Of a stretch of 36,192 nt of DNA, positions 1 to 10,199 are shown piece by piece. Every line of letters begins with the position of its first letter. The stretch's first letter is position 1. The position numbers and the translations under genes were made by a program. The notes beneath the pieces are model-generated. The model searched no databases. It was not told where the DNA came from and worked only from the letters and a program-made list of their open reading frames with translations. Source of the DNA: Dimorphilus gyrociliatus (Eukaryota > Animalia > Annelida); contig CAJFCJ010000123.1 in assembly GCA_904063045.1 (NCBI GenBank), forward strand, positions 1 to 36,192, read 5' to 3'.

Positions 1-263
1 TGTCTCCTAAGTAGTTTTGATGCAAATGAAACAGGTCTCTTGGTTTTCTTTCCATCAGCTCCAACAGTTTCTTGCTCTAAGATAGCTCCAACTGCAAAAT
101 CAGATGCATCAGTGGTTAGGTAGAAAGGTTTGTTATAATCAGGTAGCTGTAGGATTGGAGGTGTTATCATAGCTGTCTTGAGGGTATCAAAGGCTTCTTC
201 AGCTTCTTTAGTCCAGTTCAGTTTGCTGTTTTTACCATGTTGCTTTATCAAATTTCATAGGGG
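1..263 (-). mobile_element. Ty3/Gypsy-type LTR retrotransposon pol fragment (RT connection / RNase H-like region), degenerate, runs off the window edge
   Basis: Manual minus-strand translation PL*NLIKQHGKNSKLNWTKEAEEAFDTLKTAMITPPILQLPDYNKPFYLTTDASDFAVGAILEQ...RPVSFASKLL matches the Gypsy RT_RNaseH pattern (W..E.E.AF..LK, P.L..PD..KPF.L.TDAS..AVGA.L.Q); has an in-frame stop. Confidence 0.9.
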
Positions 264-1551
264 AAAGAAAAGGTGTCTTTTTTATTTTTTCACCTTTTTT
301 TTCACTGTTATATTTTTGTGGACATTTTCTGTCTGAACCACTTTTCAACTATATTAAATATTTACTTTTGTTACTGTACTCTTTCAATTCTAAACTGTTT
401 GCTTCAAGAAAAAAAAGTATATTCTTTATTAAGCTTTGTCTAAGTATACTATATAGTTAAATAACTATGCAGGGGCGAGTTCTGTCTCTGTCCTGGGCGA
501 CTTCTGTTGATCTCGATATTTCAATTATTATCTACTCTTCAAAGATGAAGTTCAGACATGAAAACGGTACTAAGAGATAAGGAGAGAGAGAGAGGAAGGC
601 TCTAAAAGGAGATGATAGCAATTGAATCTACTGCCTAAGTAAATACATTTCAAAAAATTTTTGCAATCAAAGAATTGTTATATTACAAATAATTTGATCT
701 AATCGCAATCTTTTAAACGATAGATAGGGAAGCAGGAGAAAAAGGTCCACTGTATGTAAAGTTTGTGGTTAGCTTTGGGACAGTTTTACAGTTAAGAAAT
801 TGGAAATTGCATTACTGTCAGAATTTGATAGGGCTAAACTGGTGAAGAGATTCCACAAATTGAAAGAAAGTTTGTCCAACAGTAAGTTAAAAATGCAATA
901 GCTTGGAGGTTTTTCCAGAAATATCGCACCGAAAGCTATCGGTGATGATGAAATCTGGAATAAACTTCCAACTGGAAAGCTAGAATTTTTGCAACTACTC
1001 ACAAAAAATTATCGCCACTTTTTTTTTACAGATTGCGGTGTATTAGTAATATTAATTAAAATCCAGTTCTCTTTGTTTGTTCTTTTGAAAATTATCTCAA
1101 ATAATTATGTTGCCGGAGTAATTTCCTTATGAATAAACCAATATTTAGAATGTCTTCACTTTTATCTTTCAGCCTACAATAATCATTCACCAGAAAATAA
1201 AATTCATTTCTCTCTCTCTAAAATGTTTTTATTGTAGAAAATATTCAAATAAAGTAAAAAACTCTTTTTTTTTAAATATTATTGTATACCTTAAATATTA
1301 AACTACTGCTTATATCTTGACAAATGAGCGATATATGGGCATCATGAGCAAGGTGAAAAGTTTCACTTAAATTTAAAATACAATGTAGATATCTCTTATT
1401 ATGGAAGAATGTTGAATCAATTTTTAGAATGTCATATTGTTCAAATTTCCTTTTTAGAATAGAAAAATTCCTTTGATTTGTGATAAAAGCCATGACTATA
1501 AAAGTTAAAAAGTATTTTTTTTAGATTGGAATTTTATAGTTCACTAATATA

Positions 1552-2438
1552 CTAACGGGACTTGTGATAATTGTCTAGCCGCATTTCAATATCTGCAATT
1601 CTTTAGAAAACAGAAAATGAAAGAGAGATATAAGTGGATAGTTGGCCATTTTTTTACAAAATTTTTGGCTATCTTGAACGTCGGGCAAGATGTGAATCAT
1701 GATTTTCAACTAGAGGTCATTTCTTTCATTTCAAAAAAAAATGACAACTATCCCATTGAATAAAAAGTTTCCAACATACCTCAGGGTTTTTTTTCTCATT
1801 TTAGATTCTTTTAAAAGTGTTAGAATTTCATTAATAGAATAAATGAATGGATTCAAAAACGGATTAAATGGTACAACAAGTATCATTGTAGTGATATAAA
1901 TATCATTCGTCAAATGAACGTTAGTAATAACGGAGAGAATAGCTAAAAAAATTTAAAATGAAAATAAATTGACAAATAAAACAAACATAAAAACAGACAT
2001 AAAATTGAAATTGGTGTCCAACATAAAATATTTGAAATTGCTATAATATAAGTACTCTTTGAAATAGATTTCTTTTGTTTAGTTACTTTTGCAAGAGTGG
2101 GTACTTTTTTTGATTTTGCCAAAGATACAAACATGATAATGTATAGGATAGATATTATACAACTGATGACGAAAGTTAATAAACCAAATGTTATGAAAGA
2201 AAACAGCCATCCTCTGCTTTTGTCACTTCGAATAAAAATATTGATGCATATTGTGGATTTTGAATAGAAAGTCTATAAGGAATAAATGAATGAATGAGGT
2301 CAGATAGCTGGATAGATAGAGAGATAGGTGAATTGATAGATAGATAAATAGATAGATAGATGGATGGACGGATAGATAGATAAATAAACAAAACATTTAC
2401 ATCTAACCTTATGTTGTATAATAGGAACCAATACCAAT
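1552..2438 (-). CDS. LGR exons for end of TM4, ECL2, TM5-TM7 and C-tail
   Basis: Exons 2438-2408, 2272-1999 and 1942-about 1780, plus a probable last exon ending at 1552. They give LVLVPIIQHK|TFYSKSTICINIFIRSDKSRGWLFSFITF...SNILCWTPISIL|SILSVITNVH...VPFNPFLNPFIYS, with the NPxxY motif present. Confidence 0.85.
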
Positions 2439-5400
2439 NNNNNNNNNNNNNNNNNNNNNNNNNNNNNNNNNNNNNNNNNNNNNNNNNNNNNNNNNNNNNN
2501 NNNNNNNNNNNNNNNNNNNNNNNNNNNNNNNNNNNNNNNNNNNNNNNNNNNNNNNNNNNNNNNNNNNNNNNNNNNNNNTGGCAAAATATTCCTTCCCTCC
2601 ATTTCTCTTCATTTTCCATATACTTAGGACCTTCCAGATAGGAATCAACAATACTAATAGTTAAGATGTAAATAGTTGTCATCAAATCGCTGATTGACAA
2701 ACAAATACGAAATATTTTGGAAGTTTGTCGCTTTGAATTGATAATTAAATAAATTGAAACTGAATTGGCAATGCTACCAATAATTCCAACAGACCAAAAG
2801 AGTATTTTCAAAAACTTGGATGGAATGATATTATCGCAAGTTAAAAGGAAAGTTGGCTGAGGTTGACAAACAACTTTATCACCAAAATATCTTGATACAA
2901 CACAACAAATTTGAAATCGTTCACTAATTATCAATTCTAAACTAGTTAAATCTTGAAAAATGTTCGTAAGATATTTTAATGGAAATAAAGTAGAATTTAA
3001 ATAAAGTATTTCTAAATTAATAAGATATTGAAATGAATGTTTGTCAACAAATTTTAAAAAATTGTTTGTAATATATAAAATCTTTAAATATTTGAAAAAT
3101 TTCAAATCAGTTTTACTAATTGTCGTTAATTTTAAGAATGAAATATCTAAATATCTTAGATTAGGACAAAATATCATTTTCAAAATATCCAATGACCTAA
3201 TTTCATAGTTAGAAGATATATTAAGATTTTCTAATATATTTAATGTTTGATTTCCTTTGATAAAACTAAAATTGGTTAAATGATTACTAGACAAATCTAA
3301 ATTAATTAGATTTTTAAAATTTTCAATATTCCATAATTTTAAATTTTCGTTATTCGTTATCTTAAAAACCTTTAATGAATATGAATTTATATCTAAATTT
3401 CTCAACAAGAAATTTCCATTTATTTCAACTCCTTTCAACTTTGAATCAATATTTTTTAAAATGCTCCTCTTCTCCAATGTATTGATACACTTCAAAATAT
3501 ACATATTTGATTGTTGGCATTCCTCAATTGTTTCTGATACAATTTCCGGTTTTGAACAGAAAATTTCATCGCTAGCCATTTTGCAATCTACTATGTTATT
3601 ACATAATTTAATATCTGATAAATAAAAATTTTGCTTGCGGCACTTGAAGAAGCCTTTTCCAATAAAATTATCTGTTTTTTGAAGAAGAAAAGGACAAAAG
3701 TAATGGGAGTAGATGACATTTTCTCTTTTGTTTTTCTTTACCGCAATCCAATTCATCATCTCCGTGTAAACAGTGACTAATTCCGTCGCAAATCTGCTCA
3801 ATATCTATGCAATACTTCTCTTTATAGCACTTATATTGATTAATCGTGCACGTTTTATTAAAACAGATGCTTTTAGACATTAATCTATGTTGAACGTGAG
3901 AGTATGTGAAACCTCTGGAATCATAGGCTATGCTGCATGATTGGTCTTGAAATTCATCACAAAAGTTCTCATCAATTTCGCAATGTCTTTCATCAATGTT
4001 ACTTAAACAGTCAGTTTTAAAATCACATTTTAACCTATTCGTTACGCATTTATCATCACAGTTAAATTGTTTATCTAGATTGCATTCTGTTTGTTTGTTT
4101 GCGAAGAATTCTAGCTTTCTCTTTTTTAAAATTATAAAAACGTACGTTTGGTGAAATTTTCATGAATTGCTTTTTCATTATGGCATATTTCGTCGGACGA
4201 GTCGAAGCAATGATTTTCTCCATCGCAAATATGATCAATTCTTACACATTGCTTATTGTTACATTGATAACTGTGACAAAAGAAAAGGAAGAACTTTAAA
4301 TTTTATCTTATGGAGGAGTCATTGAAATCGAATGGCTCTCTCTTTTGGAAAAATGTTAAAGAATTGTACATACTATTCATCTTTTCTACAAGGTTCTCTT
4401 GCTGAAAAATATTCATGCATTCATTGAAAACAACTACTTTTATTTTTAAATTACAAACAGCAAAATCTTTCATCAGATCCATCAGGACAATCTTTGTAAA
4501 AATCACAAACTAAAGAATACGATATGAATGTATTATTTGAAAAACATTCGAAATTTTCCATAATATGTGTCCCGCAGTTATTTTCATCTTCTCCCGATGG
4601 ACAATCATTAAATCCATCACAAACATAGACATAGTTTATGCAAATATCATCTTTTTTACAGACAAAATTCACTTCTGAACAAGATAAATTTTTCTTGAGT
4701 TTTATTGGATTAAAACTAACTGTAGAAAGGAAAGCATTGAAAAAATGTTTATTTATTCTAGAAAGCAAAAAAAGAAAAGAAAAAAAAGGGGATATAACAG
4801 TCTTTTTCTTGACAAATTAAGAGTTGACTTGTTTTTAAACTGTCTTCATTTTTAATAAGAACATCAAGTTTGCTAAGTTAAACAAAAGAACATATATAAA
4901 GTTTTCGCAAACAGAGCAACCAAATGAACAATTCACAAGCCTACTTACGCTGTTGCTGAAACGCTAAATGATATATAACCGGTAGTTAATTTTACACTTT
5001 CAATGGCTCTTGAGGTAAAATATTCATCATCTCTTTTATAGTTGACTACATAGTCACAAGATCTAACATCATCAAAGAAATAATCCTGGAACCCGAAATC
5101 GTACTTGAACAAAAGATCAACTAAATAATTACTGGTTGTTGTGTGAACTATATTCTCTTTTAATTGTTTCTTATATATTTCTGAAAAGTTACAAGTTTTA
5201 ATCATTTTAAATAAAAAATTTAAAACAATAGAGTATCATTTTTCTCTTTGGTGATACTTGATAAAATGACTATTTCTTTTGTAGTAAAATCCGTTTGGTC
5301 AAATTTGAGCAGAAGATGTATATATCTCATCAGAAAACGTCTATAAAGAGTAGGTACATCAGTTAGAGTTTTATTGGACTTTTGACACATTTTCTCCATC

Positions 5401-7443
5401 TGATTGGCAGTTATAGGTTTTTTTAACACGGTTACATAGTAACAAATGTGGTCGAAATATATAAATGGTTCTTTACTACATTTTTCGGCTGAAAGAAAGA
5501 GAAAAACTAATGAGAGTAAAGATGAATTTCTCAAGAATTTGACCCAGAAAAAAGTTAAGATACAATCAAGATATTTTATACCTTCTCGCGAACAGTTGAT
5601 TGAAGGTAAATCAACGAGTTCACCTAATCTATAATTGAATCTGTTTTGTTTCGAAGGAAAAGGGGACTAAAGATTTGGATAATTTCTAGTTACAGGAAAA
5701 ACAAAACTTACATCCTCTTATAGAATATACAATTCCTCAAATTAGCATCTGATGAATTCTTACAATCCATATGTGATAGAGTTAGAATTTGTTGTTTATT
5801 ATATATTAGCACTCTTTTGTAAATATATTTCTGAAAATTAACAGAAAATTTACCGAAATTGAAACCAAAGTATTTGCAAATGAGTTGTATATGTTGGTGT
5901 TTTAATATTTCTATATAGTAATATATGTTTTGTTGAAGAATAAGAACAATTCCAGTTATGTAATTCATCGTTAAACTCTCTTTTCGAGTGATAACATTTT
6001 GTGGAAAAGTGTTTCGATTCATTTGATCAGCTAAGAGTATTTCATTTTCTAAAAAATGGATTGATTGATTGAGTGAATGAAAAGTTTTGCTTTTACCATA
6101 AGGAACAAATCTTTCTAAACAATCCAATTTGTTAAAGTAATAATACTCATGCTGTCGTCTCCCTACCGACAATTCACAATCAGTTAGTTGAGCTTTTTTA
6201 AACTTACAACCAGAAAGAACAAAAGTACTTTTCTTGATCTAAAAACAATGAAAATTTTGCATCAAAATAGAATAAAAAAGAAATTTAATTGCATATGGAA
6301 GCAAGATGTAAAGAAAACATTTGTTTCCTGTTTTTTTTTCCCAACAGAGAGTTAAGAACTAGTTTGTCATAATATTTTTTCTATAACAATGACAAGTACG
6401 TTCTACCTGTATCCATCTCGCGACCTTTTTTCATTTACTTTAATTTTTTTCCAAAAAAATACTGGGCCACAGGATTTTTTCATCGCTTGACAAGCAATGC
6501 ACATAACAGTTTGACGTTTTATACTTTTGTCAAATATCAAAGGCAAATATCCGTAAATTGTTGAGTGAATGTAAAAACACAATTTTGGTATTTGAAATAT
6601 CATTTTATTTTCATCAAGTTTAATTTTCACTATCTTCAATTCTAAAACAAGGTGATTTAGGAATATGGTTACGAAAAAATTGAAGATTCTTTCACCTTCT
6701 AAATCAAAAAGTGTACAATAAACAGTTTTTATCTCTTTACTTTTAATGATTGTAAAATTTCTACTATCCAAGGTCATGGCCAAAGTTGAGCTATTTTCAA
6801 TGGAAGGAATTTTGGATACTATATATTGGCATTGTCTGCATAAAGATTTCGTTTTATTGTTAGTTGAGTAGATACGATAATTCGTATTATTGATTCTATA
6901 AAAAATTTCATAGAGATTTAAGTCAAGTCTTCTACCAAAGATATCTAAATGAAAAAATGAATATATTATCCAGTGATTTTGAATTCATGGATCCATCCAA
7001 AAAGTAGACACTTACAGGAGACATTTTGCTTAAAACAGGTTAATATTAATCTATCAAAAGTTTGCTTCCTAATTAGTTTACTATAAAAATAAAACATTTA
7101 AAAATAGAAACAGTTTTTTAGTGTTTGCTGCAATGAAAGTACTTGATTACATTTTACAGCAGGGATTAAAAACTGTTAATTCGTATGCTGGAAGGCTAGT
7201 ATTTTCATACTTGTACTCTAATTTTGAATGATCTGACGAATAACCAAACTGATAGCACATAATCTTTTCGTAGTTTAATAATCCATCAAATACTCTTCTA
7301 GTCACGATAATTGCGCCATAATTATTTTTTACCTTCAGATATCCTTTCCAGAAGATTTCAGTGTCACTTATCAACGAAAATGAAAATATACCCTGCGCAA
7401 ATGGATACAACTTTAACATGAATAATAAGCGATAAATGATCAT
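1552..7443 (-). CDS. Multi-exon LDLa/LRR-containing rhodopsin-family GPCR (LGR type C / GRL101-like) with extra N-terminal SRCR-like and C-type-lectin-like modules
   Basis: ATG at 7443 with a signal-like segment (MIIYRLLFMLKLYPFAQG); six LDLa repeats; LRRs; hinge ERFQICC...CQPQP...TC; TM1-2 before the gap; TM5-7 with CWTP and NPFLNPFIY; putative stop TAG at 1552-1554. Exons are joinable by GT-AG mini-introns. The 5' modules are linked by inference. Confidence 0.8.
2302..2392. repeat. Imperfect (GATA)n/(GATG)n microsatellite in an LGR intron
   Basis: gatagatagagagatagg...gatagatagataaatagatagatagatggatggacggatagatagataaataaac lies inside intron 2273-2407. Confidence 0.9.
2439..2578. other. 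Assembly gap (140 N) covering TM3-TM4 of the GPCR
   Basis: Run of N in the sequence, flanked by WREGIFC (before TM3) and LVLVP (end of TM4). Confidence 1.
2579..3671 (-). CDS. LGR exon: sixth LDLa, LRR array, hinge, TM1-TM2
   Basis: Acceptor at 3672-3673. It encodes FFKCRKQNFYLSDIKLCNNIVDCKMASDEIFC, the repeats LINLDLSSNHL / LENLNISSN / LRYLDIS / LKILYITNNFL / LEILYLN, and FWSVGIIGSIAN...LSISDLMTTIY. Confidence 0.92.
3742..4715 (-). CDS. LGR exons encoding LDL-receptor class A repeats 1-5
   Basis: CDGFNDCPSGEDE, CDFYKDCPDGSDE, CDGENHCFDSSDE, CDFKTDCLSNIDE and CDGISHCLHGDDE, all with the LDLa C-D-x3-D/H-C-x3-D-E pattern. Confidence 0.92.
4790..7443 (-). CDS. LGR N-terminal exons: two degenerate SRCR-like + C-type-lectin-like pairs
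   Basis: SRCR-like: KGYLKV...IMCYQFGY, and TGIVLI...LICKYFGF...LSHMDC...LRNC...SINC. CTL-like: KSLCRQC...LCFYIH...CIACQ, and CSKEPFIYFDHICYY...MCQKSNKTL...LLICQE. Assignments are by cysteine pattern only. Confidence 0.5.
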
Positions 7444-8529
7444 AGTTATATCATGCGTAGGATCCTTAACTCTCTGAATAAGTATAACTTAAAGTATTTA
7501 ATTGCTCTTTATAAATGACTTATTTAATATTTGAAACATTTACTCATTTTTATTAACCTTTTCCAAAAAACTAATTTAAAAGTGATATTTATAAATCAAT
7601 CTTTTAGTAGTTTGCTGGATGACATTCACATCCAGTAAAGTTCCATTTCTATTTTCTTGACAAATAAACAACTGGAGAAATGTCCGTGAAGGTATTGTCT
7701 GGTATATTAAAGCATGCTTAGAGAAAATGGGAAAGGAAATGAAAGACAGGCGTTTTGATTTCTACATCTAAAATTGACAATTCTTATCAAGGGCGGAGAA
7801 AAAAACTGAAGGAAAGGAACACAAATAGGAAATAATTTTTTCCATTATTTGATTAAGGTAAGAGTAAAAATGCAATATTAGCGACAGTTTGCCCAGCATC
7901 CTTCTTATCAGTACTAATACAAATCAACAAATCTTTGAGCAATTTATGTCATTCCAAATATTTTGCATTTTATATTTTCAATTTTTCTAAACGATTTGAA
8001 AAAATGTCTGAATGCCTTTGTTAAGCATTTTCATCTCTGTAAAATCTGTAGCCATTGTGTAGCAATAAATCTTCCCTTTCTAACTTATTCTATGAAGTAT
8101 TTTCAAAGTTATGTGTACAATATTTGGATTATCATAAACTCCATCTTCATTTGAGAAAGAATTTTCCAATATGTTTTTTAAAACATGATTATTCTGTTGC
8201 ATAATAATAATAAAGACATCTGTTTGTCATTGTACAAATATTATGTATTAGTCTGGGGGACAATTTTACAAAATGTGGGCGTCATTTCCAAGAAACATAA
8301 ATTATATTGGTTATGTAATTAAAAATTACTAGGAAATAATTTTAAACAACAATCGTCAACAAGAATTAACTTCAAATGGTATTTTTACTATACTAAAGCC
8401 AACTTGTATAAACAGTTTGTTAGTGAGTTTAAATTGAATTTTTTTTTCTAATTGGAATTTCTATTCTTATTAGAAAACAACTATAAGTTTATGTCAGTTG
8501 AGGAAGATTAATATTTCTTTCTATGGCAG

Positions 8530-8751
8530 AATAATTCTATGTCACGTTTTATAGGATATTTTCAAATATTCTATAAGAGCAGATGGAAGAATATTGATTT
8601 GATAACATATATTGATCATAAAGCAATTTGCAATAATTTTGGGTTTAAAGTTTCTATCAAGTTGTATCAACTTTTTTATGTAAGTGTTTATAATGGCTCC
8701 TTTGTAAAATATGTAGGCCTAAACGTAGACTACATAAGATATTATATATAA
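8530..8751 (+). pseudogene. Orphan SRCR-like exon fragment
   Basis: IGYFQIFYKSRWKNIDLITYIDHKAICNNFGF resembles the SRCR G-R-V-E-V...W...(V)C..LGF start and the SRCR-like exons of the neighbouring GPCR. No continuation was found. Confidence 0.35.
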
Positions 8752-8914
8752 CATGCAAAAAATGTTTTTATAAGTTTTCATGAAAACATACTTTAAAGCT
8801 AGGTTTGATCTCAGCTTCAAAATTTTTGTTCGTAAACTTTTTTAATCTGTTGAAATTAGTCAAATCATGAAAGAGAAGAGGCAAGGCACTTTCTTTTTTT
8901 TAATGGTATCGGTT

Positions 8915-9114
8915 TGATTAGTTGAAAATGCTCATTTTGGGGTTGTTCTGAGGTAAGATTTTGGTTATTTAATGTGTTAGGATCAAATATAGAACAATTG
9001 ATATGTGATTAGATGAGTCTAAACTAGGGTTTAGGAACAATGAAAAAATTAAGACAAGGTCCAGGGCTAGGTTAGGGTAAAACCAAAAAATTATGAACGT
9101 TTTCAACAACATCC
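8915..9114 (-). mobile_element. Diverged copy of the about 200-bp telomere-repeat MITE family
   Basis: Shares ggttagggtaaaacca, agggtttaggaacaatgaaaaa and a cgttttc..atcc end with the reverse complement of the 24319-24526 copy. TIRs are imperfect and no TSD is visible. Confidence 0.6.
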
Positions 9115-10199
9115 GTTATTAATAAATGATAAAACTTTTATAGTATCAACTCCATTCACGTCATTCTATGATACAAAGTTATACTTTTAAGAGAGTCTCA
9201 CTACTGAAATTCCTACTAACACACGAAGCTTCTTTCAATACTCCTTTTAAAGTGACTCTCAGTTTTCCTGATTTGTTGAAATCTACTATAGTGCGAGAAT
9301 TTCTTCAGCACAAATTGCCATTAAGACAATTTTAATCTAATTTTTAGAGAATAGGATCAATGCAAATTTCAATTGGAAAATGTTGAACAGAAAAGAAATT
9401 AACATTACAACAATGACTAATCTCACATTGTAGTGGTTCTTGACAATGGAACTAAATTGATAAAATATATCACGTGACTGAAATATGAATACTGATTTTA
9501 CTTACATTAATAATAATAGACAGATCAGAAAAAAAACTGTACATGCACATTCCACAATAGATGTCGCTCTTAAAGATATTTTTATTTGTTTTGACAACTG
9601 TCCACATCATTTACAATAATTAAAATTGTCATTAGCTCAATGGTTTAATCTCAAAACATTTCTTCAACAGAAAACAGCAAACAAGTATTTCTATTATTTA
9701 CATCTGTCTCGATAATTTAAACTTAAAAAAAAATGATGAAAAACTGTAATGAAAGATTTGTATCATTTTAGTTTGTTGTTTAAAAGAAAACTATACTAAT
9801 AATAATTTTTCAATGTCAGCAACAATTGTGTCATTGTATTAGGATACATTTACCCAATGGAAAACATTGAACCATTATTCCTTATCAATAATTGGATATC
9901 TTCTTATTGATGTTACTGACAAAATATACTAATTGTATCTGTTTATTTTAATATATCGAAAGAAGAGAAAATGTTTAATGAAGACTTATTATATTGTCAT
10001 ATTGTCTTAAGTATTTTATAATTTATTAATTCATAACCACCTATACAATACTAAACAATTAATGTTCATGTTCACAATCAATATTCCAATGAATATTATT
10101 AGTTATATAAGATGCATCCATATTAAACTTCATTACTTATTGTCAGATTGTTAATGATAAAGCAAATTTTTGGAATTGTGTATCATAAGATAATTAATT

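Noticed and set aside
1272-1493. 73-aa minus-strand ORF downstream of the GPCR
   Set aside because: No recognisable motif; low-complexity AT-rich; probably 3' UTR or intergenic.
2191-3801. 536-aa ORF from the track taken as the GPCR protein
   Set aside because: It reads through intron 3672-3741, the N gap and the GATA-repeat intron; only 2579-3671 is real coding in that frame.
5333-5343. cagaaaacgtc matching the MITE TIR core
   Set aside because: Only 11 nt, inside GPCR coding sequence, no partner repeat; chance.
7620-8200. Coding-looking stretches (NWRNVREGIVWYIKAC on +; LLLHNGYRFYRD on -, faintly FLYWCH-like)
   Set aside because: Short, interrupted by stops, no second motif to support a family call; possibly unidentifiable TE debris.
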